A stretch of DNA of 64,000 nucleotides from the NCBI GenBank assembly GCA_964234715.1, contig OZ174290.1; one strand, 5' to 3'. The position numbers were made by a program, and so were the translations under genes. Shown here piece by piece: positions 1 to 12,414 of this stretch. Position 1 is the first letter of the stretch. Every line of letters begins with the position of its first letter. The stretch is from Podarcis melisellensis. Lineage: Eukaryota. The notes under the pieces were generated by a model. The model was not told the DNA's origin and did no database searches. It saw nothing but the letters and a program-made list of their open reading frames with translations.

Positions 1-2970
1 AGCTGCAAGAGAAGAGGAAGGGGCTTCGTGAATTGTCTTTGGCCAGTCCCTAAGCCACACTGCTGGAAGGTGGAGGCACCATGGAGAACCTCCCATTAAG
101 GACACAAAGAGGAGGAAACGGAAAGAAACCAGGCAGACATTTCAGGGCCAGGTGTAAGAGAGGCTCAAGCAGCCATTCGTGGCTACATTCCCATGTGTGC
201 TCAGAATTCAGCCTCCCTAGGGTTCCCCAAATGGCTAAAGCAGTCCACCTACATTTTTAGGTGAGAAAGCTGTCCTGTAAGGTCAGCAAGTGACAGAGAG
301 GGAGAGAAAACAGGTTCATCTCAGCTTCCATATATGTTTGGACAAAAGGCACAGACAGTGCTATTTTTCTAGGGGGGGGGAATTAGTTAACCAAATAAAA
401 TAGTTAATCCTTGACTAGATGACCCTTAAGATCCCTGTCAACTAGGATTCAATCCTACAGAAACACATTTTATTTTTTAAGTTGGGGGGGGGGAATCCAC
501 CCCACAGGACAAGAACCTGGGAGCCCCTCAACTCTATAATGCTCCTCAAGAGCATGGTAAGCGGCTCAGGCAGCGGCAGAATCTCCCCCTCAAACATAAT
601 CTGCCGTCCAGCAAAAGGGCTGCAGAGGTTGTGGCTGCCAGATGCTTTCGAGGTGCAAATCTGCTGCCTACGAAATCCCTTCCTCTGGCTTTGTAAGCAC
701 CGCCTTACCCCACCATGCTGCAGAGCCTGACGTTGCAGTGGAGAGTCTCTGCCAAGCTCAGAGTCGGCTGCCAGGGCCAGCTGCTCTTCCTCACCCTGCA
801 GAGCCACCTGTGGGTGGCCACTGAGCACCCGCCTTCCCTGCTTGGGGGAAAGGGCTCGCTGACTCACACGAGGACCCTTCTGAACACAAGAGCAGGCAGG
901 CAGGCACAGATCCGCAGGCGGAAGCTGGCCAAAAGCAAGGCATTCATCACACAGCTCGTGGCTGGAGCAGAAGGCAGCCCAGATGCACTGTTGTCGGCAG
1001 CCCACACAGGCGCCTCAAGAAGCTTCCTTCTGGGGCCTCAGATGCAGGGGGGGAGCGCTGAAGTCAGTGGCCTCGACATGGATGCAGAGTCACAGCCACA
1101 GTGGCGCCTGGAGAGCATCCAGCCACGCTTTGACCACTCAAAAGCAGAACAAGTCACGTCGCTCCCTGAATCAAGTGAGGGGGGCAGAAGCACAGGCACA
1201 GCCAGACTCCACCAGTCGCTGCTGGGCTGTCTTCTCCTGCTCCAAATCCAATTGTACGACGCAGCACTGCTGAAAAGCAAGGCAGCGGGCAGCTGTACAC
1301 CCTGTACACCGTCACCTTGCACCACGGGGCCCTCTGCTCTTGCTCAGAGGCACATGCGTCACTGGTTTGCTGTTTTTTAATCCGGTGTTTCTCCCATCCA
1401 GCCCAGCCCTTCTGCTCCCTACTGAGCTACTGTCCGTCTGAGATTCGTGGGGGAGGGAATAAAACAGATTATTGGGCATTGTGGTGGCTTTTCTCTCCCT
1501 TAATGGAAGACCCTCAAATGAAGAGTTGGCCACATAGAAAACCAGAGAGGGTCTGTGCCGGAGCCAAGCCCTACAAGGGAGAGGTATTCCTGCCTGCTCC
1601 TGCTGTAACCCCAGCCAGTCCATGCCCCACACTCCACCCCAACGGAGGGGCAGCTGCAGCCAGGAGAGGGCTCTCCTGCCGGGTGCGGAGCCCTTCTGGT
1701 GAACATGAGAGAAGCATCCGCTTTAAGACGTAAATAATTTGTCCCCTGTGATGCTAAGCAGCAAGGAAGGGAAGCCAATTCAGATGCTTGCCTGCCTGCT
1801 CTGACCTTCCCGCTGGCTGGCCAGGAGTCAGCCTTGCCAGAAAGGGCAGCAGAGAATCTGAAGTGACAAGTGCCGTTTGTGCCGCTAAAGCGAAGGCAGC
1901 AGCTGGCTGGGAGCTGCAGCCTGGAGGGACACAGCCGAGGAAGCAGCAGGAGGTGAAGGAGTTTGCCAGGAAGGCTGGGGTGCAGTGGGGGGGAAGGCCA
2001 CCCCCTGGTGCTCGGTGGCTGAGAACACAACTTAAGGATGAGGCTCAAGATGTCCGCAGGATCTGGAGCCCCGCTCAAGACCCCAGGAACCGTTCCAGTC
2101 CATCTGCTACCCAGAACGGTTCAAGCAGGGAAGAGGAGGGGGCTCCCTTTGAAGAGTCACCCTGTAAAACATTCGCCCACGTGGGGAGGACGGGCTTATC
2201 AAATTTCCGTCCTAAAGTTGTTCCCCACCACTGAGAAACAGAGGACGGAGGCAACTCCTGCGAGAGACAAGTGCTGTCTCTGCTTTTTCCAGAGGAGCAA
2301 TTCCACCCACCTGGGAGCTCGCCTGCCTCCCATCGCAGGCCCGGCCAGCCTGCGTTGCATCGAAACTGCAAATTACTGCATTTAGAGAGAGAGAGAGCTG
2401 CTCCGTAAACAATCCCGTTGCACATTTCTTCCTTGCAAAATGGAATCCGCTGCCTTGCTGGCTCTACAGGCTGGCTGTAGTTATGTCCGCATGTAAACAG
2501 AAACTGCCAGGAAACAGTGGCAGATGGGACAAGAACCCTCTCTCATTTTGGCTGGCGTGGAGACTTGCAGGTGCAGGTGTCGAAGACTTTTCAAGGGCCT
2601 GCTGAGCAGAGGGTAGATATCAAGGCGGCAGCTGCTGGGAACAGACCCTTTTCCTCTTGGGCAGCCCTTGTGGTTCGCTACCTGCAGCCTCTGTCTGGGG
2701 CATTAAAATGCAGGCGTTGCTCTGGGAAGTAAATGCAAGTATTCCCTTTCTGACTTTAGCATGATACACAGACAGAGAGCCTACCAATTTGTTAGAGGTA
2801 GCTGAGGGGGAAATGTCTCCTCCTGCCAGAGTCACGCAGCCAGTAAAAAAAGTGTGTTTATTCTGTTGGAAAATGTTTTACTTTTTATCAAATAAAATAT
2901 TTCTGCTTCCAATTGTTCTGAAACTATATAAAAAGTAGGGTGAGGGAACTTAAAAGCCAGTGAAGAGGAG

Positions 2971-3041
2971 AAGGAAGGAAGGAAGGAAGGAAGGAAGGAA
3001 GGAAGGAAGGAAGGAAGGAAGGAAGGAAGGAAGGAAGGAAG
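2971..3041. repeat. (GGAA)n microsatellite
   Basis: About 17 units, read directly. Confidence 0.97.
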
Positions 3042-4371
3042 GGACTCTAATGGAATGGGAGAATAGGGTAGCTGCAAGGGGCATCAGGGGCCACATGCAA
3101 AGGGGTCAAGGGCCGCATGTGACCATATAACTAGATGTTAACCAACCATTAACAGCTAAAAGTAATCTATGTAGAGATGCAAGTATTTTCTTATGAAATT
3201 TTAGCCAGAATTATCTAAAAGACAAGGGCAGAGTATTAAATTTTAACAATGCAACAAAAAGCAAACATTTTTATTCTCTCGCTTTTACTGCCTTCAATAA
3301 TAACCCCACAAAATAGTTCTTTCCAAGAGGGTTCATGGCTTAATCACATCATCTGCTGCTACAAAACCCACTTCAATTCGTAGGATGAAAATCACAAAGG
3401 GGAAGCGGAGGGGATCCAGGTCACTGTGTGTCACGATGAAAAAGAGGCTCTCCGTTAAAGAAATAGCTCCTAAATAAATTAACCTTCTGCCTGAAGACAA
3501 GAACACAGGAAGGCAGGAGGCATCTTCTTGCCCCTCCAAGATCAGCAGGGATTTCCCCCTGGAGGGAAACTTCAAAGTGCTTCCAATTTCTCTGACAGCA
3601 GGTTGGCAGATGAAGCCAAACAGAAATTAATCTCCAATTAATCTGAACAAAGATTAGAAGGAAGGCTGGTGCCCAGCCAGGATCACTCAGGGTGAGTTGG
3701 TTTTTGGGTTTTTTTAAGCGGGGGTGGGGGGGTGGAGTAAGGAAGCCAGGAAAGAACCCCTACCAATCCCTGTCTTACTTTACCCAGCAACAGAGCATCT
3801 CCATCCTAGGCACATCCTACGATCTGCAAGCTCTCTCTCTCCTCTGGCTCCTGAGCTCACAAGAGGCTTCAGTCCGCATTTCCCCTGTCAGAGGGAGGGG
3901 AAGCCCCGCCTTTATGAGCAGTGCACAGTAGGTACAAAATAAAATAGGCAATAACAATACGCTTAAATGTAATATAGCACCGTGTATTGCAAGCACTACA
4001 GCAGGCAGAAAAACCATTACGTGCACCCCCCCAAGGCCCTCTGAAATTGTCAAGCACTTCTCGGAGGGCAGGGTGTGGATAGGAAACTTGCTTTATTGTA
4101 TTTGTACATCATATTTTAAGGCACCTTGATATCCTGTGTGAGTGGGCGGCATAAAAATATTTTTTATAAATCAGCAACGTCAGCACAGAGAAGCAACAAA
4201 CAGCCAAACCCAGCCACATTTTGCACGGAGAGGCTGGCACTCTGCACTGTTCTTTCTGCAAGAGTGGAGATTTACGGGTCTCCAGGTGCTTATGAAGCCA
4301 ACCCTGGAGGGGGTGGGGGGAATCCCTCCACACAAGAGAGACAATAACAGCCCTACTGCGCCAGGCCGCTG

Positions 4372-4407
4372 CCTCCTCCTCCTCCTCCTTCTCCTCCTCC
4401 TCCTCCT
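4372..4407. repeat. (CCT)n microsatellite
   Basis: Read directly; one interruption. Confidence 0.9.
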
Positions 4408-4788
4408 TTACATGCTCCAGCTTATCTGCATGCCCAGCGAGGCCTCTGCAATGGCAGGAAGGGATTGGCGCAGCGGAGAAAGAGGGGGTTGGAAGAGATA
4501 GGAAGAAGCTCCCATGGAGCCTGGCCAGACCCTACAGAAATGGGAACATCCCTAACCAGAGCTGAGCTCATTTGCTTTGCTTTGCAAACTCTTTGAGCTG
4601 TGTGTGTGTGTGTTGTGCTTGCAGAAAAGAGAGCAAAGGAGGTCACTCACTTAGGTCAGCCAAATCTGCTCGGTCTCCAGAGACTGTTCTTGCTGGGAAA
4701 CACAGAACGATTCCTGGTGGCAGCAAAAGGCTCCCTTCTCCTCCCAGCAAGGAAAGACAGGGGCTCAACAGCTATTCGTCTTTTAATA

Positions 4789-5014
4789 CAGTGGTACCTC
4801 AGGTGAAGTACTTAATTCGTTCCGGAGGTCCGTACTTAACCTGAAACTGTTCTTAATCTGAAGCACCACTTTTAGTAATGGGACCTCCTGCTGCTGCCGC
4901 ACCGCCAGAGCACGATTTCTGTTCTCATCCTGAAGCAAAGTTCTTAACCCAAGGTACTATTTCTGGGTTAGCGGAGTCTTTAACCTGAAGCGTATGTAAC
5001 CTGAGGTACCACTG
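4789..5014 (+). mobile_element. Tc1/mariner (pogo/Tigger-like) MITE, family A copy 1
   Basis: TIRs CAGTGGTACCTCAGGT / ACCTGAGGTACCACTG with TA on both sides. Confidence 0.9.
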
Positions 5015-7173
5015 TAATAGTATCATCGTCCTCGTTGGCTGGTAATTACAATTGGAAAGGTGGAGGTTCTCTGTTTTTCTTGGCAGCTTCCGACAGCCGT
5101 CTTTGCCCACCTGACCCAATTCCACACAATGTGGAATGCAACATCTCTTTTGTTTTAAAAACCGGGCATTTCTATCTGTACCATTTCGTCTGTTTAAGCC
5201 TTTGCTCCCCAATACTCCCCAAATCCCGCCCCTGCCAGCCCTAGCTGCTAATTGGTGGGGTGTTGGGGGAGGAAGGGGCCCACAGTTACTTCTGGGAAAG
5301 ATGAGAGACTTGGCCAGTCTTAAGATGCAGAGATGGGAAGGCTGGGGTGGCAGGATGGGGGAGGATGGGGAAATGCCAGGGGCTCTGCACCCTCAGTTTC
5401 TTCCTATTTTAACAATTTTTCCAACAGGGGGACTGGGAATGTTGGAAACGGCTGAAAAACAACAGCTCCCTATGAAATATTCTGTTTTCGAAGGATTGAC
5501 AATTCTTATAAAGAAAAGGTTTTGCTCAGTGACACACTGTAATGTGAAGTTTTCTTTCAGGCCAGACAAAATCTATAGCATTAGAGGTTTTCCTTGAAGT
5601 TTCTACCCATTGGGCCTACTTGAGGCGGCTGAAAATGCGTGGTGGTGCAGGGGCAGAGCCAGTCCTAAGGGATAGCATAATCAGCTGGCAACTGGCAAAA
5701 TCACTTTCGGCCTGCTATCTAATCCATCTTTCAAAATTGCTAAATGGTTCGTCATAGCAGTTGTCTTGTGGCACAGAGTTCCACAGGCTCAAGAAAACTG
5801 CTGGCTGCCAACGTCTGGAGGGCACGAGATGGGGAAAGGCCACCCTAAGTGGAGAAGGCTTGTTCTTTCTATATTTTCCTGCCCCAAAGTACTTTTACCT
5901 ACCCCCTGGAACGTCTTCTCCCATTCTCAGATCTATCTGATAAGAAAAGCCCCACTTCTGCCAAAAGGACTCATTTGTATGCAGCTCGCTTGGGGGCACA
6001 AACTTGGCTTATATGGCTCCTGCCCAAATCAAACCCCGTGCTGGCCTGAGAAGGCTCCTCTGGCTTCAGGGCCAGCCCCACCAAGCCACAGACTCAAGAA
6101 GCAAAAATGCCACTGCTAGGAATTTATGTGGAAGGCTTCTGCCATCCCTCTTCAAAGCTCCAAGTGGGTTGCAAAGGTAGAGCTCTCCCTGGGGCCTGCT
6201 GGCCTCCACATTCCCCCCTCCCCTGCAAAAAAAAAAACCCTCCCACCCACAATGGTCTTTGCACACACAAACTAGTCCCAGAGAGACGGCGATGCCTGAG
6301 AGTTTTTCTCTGCCCCAGAATAGGCCTTTTGCACTCCAGCTACCGACTTGCATCTCTTGACAGGAAATAATGCAATCAAGTCTGTTAGAAGTCAGGAACA
6401 CACACACTGAGCAAACTGCTAATTAAAAATGGGGCTGGTAATTAGAAACATCCAACCAAATCCTTTAATTTATGCTTCAGAGAGTTCCTCGGGTCCCTTG
6501 TCTTCCCAAAGGGTCCTCACGGCCACATCAAGAGTAACCAGGATTATATCCGACTTAAGTGGACATCAGCGCAGGGGGTGGGCTGCAGGCTATGTCATTC
6601 CCCACCCGCCCCCATCATCTCCAAGACAGACCAGGCTTTGCTGGGCATACAAAGAAGTAGTTGCTTATTCAGGCTATGCTTTCAGAGCCACTCCAAGCCT
6701 CTTTCTGTTTTGGTGGGGGACATAAAGGGTCTGAAGGATGCTCCAACCAGCTGGTTGCAGCCCCCAGCAGAAAACTCCCAGCCTGGAGAGGGCAGGGCAG
6801 GCGACAGCAGGAAGAGAGGCTTCAGTGAGAATGGAGAAGAGAGAAAAGGACCACAGTGTGAGGGTGGCAGCCCACAGAAAGCGCTAGCTGGGCAGCTGAA
6901 CTGGGCACTCCACCAGCCTCATCTGCTTTCCAAGTACCAGGCCCCGGATCCAACAGCCCTCCTGACATTTGGCCATTCAAGCCACGCAGGGGACAGACAG
7001 TGCCTCCAAGCAGGGCTTGGCTCACCCCATGTGCTCCAACATCACAGAAAAGGCTAGAAGAAAGAGTTCATTAGTTCACAGAGCCCAGAGTCTTTTCACC
7101 AAATGCTGCCACAAACTGAAGGCGAGATTTCCTGTCTTTTTTTCTTCCTTGGCTGAACAGACAGACGTTAAAT

Positions 7174-7283
7174 GACTGGGACAGCTCTGCTGGTAGAGCA
7201 GGAGACTTTTCATCTCAGGGTTCGAGCCCCACAATGGGCACAAGATTCCTGCATTGCAGGGGGTGGGACTAGATGTGACCCTT
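7174..7283 (+). mobile_element. tRNA-derived SINE with CR1-like tail
   Basis: AGCTC..CTGGTAGAGC...GGTTCGAGCCCCAC head followed by the GGACTAGATG..CCTTCCAACTCTATG CR1-type tail. Confidence 0.75.
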
Positions 7284-7445
7284 AGGGTCCTTCCAACTCT
7301 ATGGTCAGGAGGAGACACAAGTCATCTTGCAGTGACCTGGGATGGAGGCTCCTTTGCACTGCTGGTGGTTCCACCTCTGCTCCAAGCCCACCCTCAGCTC
7401 CCCCAAGAGCACCCCTCTGCCAGCCCACAGACCCGCCTCACTCAC

Positions 7446-7558
7446 CAGGCCTGCGGCTTCCTCTTCACAATGCCCTGGCGTCGCCACTGAGAGTGGGGGC
7501 TCAGGTGATAAGTCAGCTGCCTGCAGAGCTTCTCCATGGTTCCCAAAGAGTCGCCTTC
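7446..7558 (-). CDS. LRRC75A: LRRC75A coding exon 3 (113 nt)
   Basis: Acceptor CTTGCAG|GAA, donor CTG|GTGAGT; encodes EGDSLGTMEKLCRQLTYHLSPHSQWRR. This frame is absent from the ORF track and was translated by hand. Confidence 0.95.
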
Positions 7559-10500
7559 CTGCAAGAGGAATTGGGAAGGCGGTCAGTTGCCCAGGCACCA
7601 GTCAACATATACTCGCAGCGATTTCATACTCTTTATTGCAGCTGGTAAAACAGTGATTGAATTTCCCCCCAAACCTCAGGCCTTTATATACATTATTTAT
7701 ACAATGAGTCCCGCCTGATTGGCTGATTCTGCTTCCCTCCTGGAGCCTGATTGGTCTTCTCCTGCAGGCCAATCAGTTGTTGCAATCTACAATCCTACCA
7801 GCCTAATAGGCTGATTAACTTCCTCCTGGAGTCTGATTGGTCTTCTCCTGCAAGCCAATCAGTTGTTGCATTCTAGGATCCTACCTGCCTATTGTTCCAG
7901 GATCCAAGCTTAGTACATAACAAGGAGGAAGAGCAGGCAGAACAGCCTCTGTGCCTCCGCCAGCTCCTGGGGTGGGGGGAGGCTTTGAAACTCCCACCCC
8001 CATTCACCTTACCCAGGCCAGATAGAAAACAAAATATCAGCAGGGCATTTCTCCTTACGATGCAACATCACTGGGAGGTTCAGCTAAGCTAGGCCTGGTT
8101 GGGTGGCTGCCTCTCAGGGATCCTTCAGCTGAGATTCCCATATTGGAGGGGCCTGGGCTGTTTACCCTTGGGGTCCCTTCAAAGCCTGTGGTTCCATTAC
8201 TCAATAAGCTCTTTGCCATCCCATCTAGAGCATGCGGCATCCTAAGGCAACTTCAAATAGTGCATCTAATTAAAAATGGCCCATGCATGCTTTTCCAGCT
8301 CAATCCCACCACTCCAAACCTTATTGGAAGACCAACCTCCACCCCTGCCTCCCAAGCATTTGCTGACATAAGCAGGCAGGGCAGTTGATGCTGCCAGCTT
8401 CACATGGTCCATTTGGCATCTTCATATGACAATGGCAGTAAAGGTAAAAGGACCCCTGACCATTAGGTCCAGTCGTGGCCAACTCTGGGGTTGCGACGCT
8501 CATCTTGCTTTATTGGCCAAGGGAGCCGGCGTACAGCTTCCGGGTCATGTGGCCAGCATGACTAAGCCGCTTCTGGCGAACCAGAGCAGCGCACAGAAAA
8601 GCTGTTTACCTTCCCGCCAGAGCGGTACCTATTTATCTGCTTGCACTTTGACGAGCTTTCGAACTGCTAGATTGACAGGAGCAGGGACCAAGCAACAGGA
8701 GCTCACACCGTCGCGGGGATTCGAACCACCAAACTTCTGATCAGCAAGTCCTAGGCTCTGTGGCTTAACCCGCAGAGAAAGCCCCAAATCAGAACCATGG
8801 CAAGGGAGGAAGAGATGGCAGGTGGAGCCCCATCTGACTCCCAGGGCCATAAAAGTATGTTTGTTTGAGTCAACTGAGGGTTCCCTGCTCAGCCTTCACC
8901 AAGCCAAACCAAGATGGATGAGCCTCGGTTCAGAAGATGATGCGGACAGGGAGCTCAGCAGATCCACCTGCCTCTGGCTGCAGGAGGCGACCCTCCTGCT
9001 GCACTGCAAACACTTGCATTCCTAGCACAAAGGCAGCCAGAGGGAGGAGGCAAAGTCCAGGAAGACACCCTGGTCAGCTTCCCTGAGAGCATCGCTCCCA
9101 ACAGGACAAAGAAAACACCTGGGATGGAGTTGAGAACAGCCTGCTAAATGAGTAGAGCAGAGCTATGGCTTGGCCTTTTGTGCTGGCAAAGGCAGCTCGC
9201 TGACCAGCCCAAAGCAAGAAGCCTGCTCTCACCCACCAAATTTCCAGCTCCTTGAGCACCTGCTCTGGTTCTTGTCCCCTTGTCAGCCATGTGGGGCCAA
9301 ACTCCACTGCTTCCTAAGGGCAAATAGGGGAGCGGAGCACGCTTTTCTCCTTCTACAGTCATTGAAAGGAGGGCAGAGAGGAGGCCAATGGGCTCTCAGC
9401 ACCAACGCACATGCTTGGAGATTAAAAGGTGGCTTACAACATGAAAACAATAGAAACCTACGACAAAAGTGGTCATAAACAATACAGGAAACATTTTTAA
9501 AAAAATACAAAACCAGACCGAACAATTGCCACATACTGTACTTGGAGATTCAAAGGTGGCTTACAACATGAAAACAATACAAACCTCCGACAAAAGTGGT
9601 CATAAACTATAAAGGAAACATTTTTTAAAAATACAAAACCAAACCGAACAATTGCCAAATACAGTGGTACCTCTAGTTATGAACTTAATTCGTTCCGGAG
9701 GTCCGTTCTTAACCTGAAACTGTTCTTAACTAGAAGCATGCTTTCGCTAATGGGACCTCTTGCTGCTGCTGCACCGCCGGGACACGATTTCCGTTCTCAT
9801 CCTGGGGCAAAGTTCTCAACTCGAGTTAACTCTTCCAGGTTAGCGGAGTTTGTAACCTGAAGTGTTTGTAACCTGAGGCGTTTGTAAATCGCAACAAAAT
9901 CTAAAATAAAGATGTGAGAAACCAACGGCAACAATCCGTCCTCTCCCACAAACAACACACATCCCAGCAAGAAACAAAGAGCTAACATTGGAAATAATCC
10001 ATAGGTGGTCTTTAACCACTTGCAGACTGGCTTATGCAGCTCCCTCTTCCTTGCCGAGATGCTGGAGTGGTTGCCAAGAAACTGCTACACATACAGTGGT
10101 ACCTTGGGTTAAGTACTTAATTCATTCTGAAGGTCCGTTCTTAACCTGAAACTGTTCTTAACCTGAAGCACCACTTTAGCTAATGGGGCCTCCCGCTGCT
10201 GACGCGCCGCCAGAGCACGATTTCTGTTTTCATCCTGAAGCAAAGTTCTTAACCCGAGGTACTATTTCTGGGTTAGCAGAATCTGTAACCTGAAACATAT
10301 GTAACCTGAAGCGTATGTAACCTGAAGCGTATGTAACCCAAGGTACCACTGTATATACATGTGTGGTTGTCCTGTGCCAAAGTATAGCTCTTCTAGAACT
10401 CGCTTTTTCAAGAAATAGGTAAAATTGTTGACCGTGAGATCGTTGCCTCCCTGCAGATAGCACTCCTAAATCTATTTGAAACTGGAAATGTCCCTACACA

Positions 10501-12368
10501 CTGCAGAGAGATGGTATTGCATTTATTATTGGCCACCAGGTCTATTCTTGCCAGGCACTGGAAAGACTTAAATGGGGCTGCCCTCTTAGAATAGTACAAC
10601 AAAGTGGGTGAGATGGCACTGTTGGAAAAACTTACCTGCAAATTAAAAATAGCAAGAGGGCAAAATAAAACTAATGAATTCTCTGCAATATGGCATGCTT
10701 TTATTAAGCATGTAAAGGATGGTTTGCACAATTTGAACCTGCAGCCAGCATTCAGAAGTCTATGGTTGCTTTAAGAAAATATAGGCCACAACATTCCCTC
10801 TCACTATATGCTCATGTTACTGTTAAGAAATGTACAAATAAGCTCCTAATTGATACCGATCCCCTCCCCATCCTGACCTTTTCGTTGCTTATTGCATAAT
10901 TCTGTAATATATATCTTTTAAACTAAGTGCCTTTAATATTTTGCAAACTATATTTATGACTATTTTGAAACACTGCATCTTTCTTTTTCTTTAAACAAAA
11001 CAAAAAGCCACTTCCCTGTCCCCATCTTGCTCCGAGAGAATTAAGACATAGTGTCAGTCATGCATGAGTATGATCCAGGTCTCTGCCGCTGCCCGCCTCC
11101 CCCCACCCCCAACTGAGCACCTTCCTCTGTGGGTGCCAGAACTAAAGACAGCTGGTCTGATCTGGCTGGCTGCCGTTCTTGGGGGCAGAAAAGGCAAACT
11201 GCCACCCCTGTTCTGCATCCCCTGCCGCAGAGTTTGCTGGTCTCTGGGATTCCCTATTCTCACAGGTTGAGAAAGACGAGAGCTCCCTTTGCTGGTTGGG
11301 GTTCGTGTTGCATATATGGGACTCTGCGCAGAAGCAAAACTTGGATTCTCAGGGAAGGATTCTCAGGTCAGCAGGCAGGGTTGGGTGGGGGTGGAGTTCC
11401 TAGCAGGGACTGGTGACTCAGCCAGGTGCCCTGTGCCCCCCCACCCCTTCCCACAACAGGAAAGCAACTAATTGCTCCATCCAAGCCAGCCCCCTGCTGA
11501 ATTACTGCATGAATTCTTTATCAAGCCGCGTGAAATATTCATGGCGACCTATTTTACAAAGCAAGATATGGACCACGGAGGGCAGGTAGCAGCGCACTAT
11601 GGATCATTCCTCCTGCTTCGGAGGGGTTGGAGGAAGGAAGGAGAGCTTTGGGAGGCCTTGGCATGGGACGGGCAGGGCATTCCTTGAAGTGGCGATCTAA
11701 CTGGTCCTATCAGTTAGCCAACCGCCCAGAGGCCATGTCACCATGTGCAAAAACAAGGCCATGTGCAGCAGCCCTGCTCCGTGGGTGGACACAGGCTGGA
11801 TGGTGACATTTGGGAAGACTGTGAGTCTTTGTAGACAGGCAAAGAGAGAGAGAGAGAGAAATATATTTGTGCAGCAAAAGCAAAGACAGCGGACTGCTAA
11901 CTGAAAGCGGGTTTTTGTTCTACCAGGAGAACAAACCTTTTATTCAAAGTCCTCCAGCATAAGGCGAAAGCACCTTTGCTCAGTTGTGTCACTCTGCGCC
12001 CTTGTGACTTCACAGCGGTGACGCTCCCAGGCCTTCCCAGAGGCCAAACACCTTCCCAGAGAAGACCAGAATGCCAAAGACTCCCGTCAGGGGAAGTAAC
12101 AATCTGCTCCAGACTAATTCTGGGCTTGGCAACCGGCTGCAATCCGACTCGGAGAACCTGTGGGGAGAGACTCCATGTTCCCTTCCCTGCAACATCCTTT
12201 TGGAGACACAGAGGATGTGCTGGCCCAGTTTGTCACCAGAAGACGCCGGGCCGCCATCACGTCCCACAGCAAAAGTACCGGCACGAACATCTCGCAGCCA
12301 AGGAGGCCGAAGGAGAGGCGCTAAGCCAGAGAAGTGCTAACTGGCAATGCAGAGCTGAGAGATGATGC

Positions 12369-12414
<46 letters not shown>

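Noticed and set aside
442-1380. Overlapping 187-aa and 221-aa ORFs
   Set aside because: No recognisable homology, non-ATG or weak starts, and intronic GC-rich sequence.
1-7445. LRRC75A terminal LRR-encoding exon
   Set aside because: I looked for DLSGIPL / LNGNRLT / DLGNNVD-type coding sequence on the minus strand and did not see it. It presumably lies left of the window.
1-7445. SNHG29-hosted snoRNAs (SNORD49, SNORD65) expected near the LRRC75A 3' end
   Set aside because: No recognisable guide or C/D-box sequences were seen. An Rfam scan would be decisive.
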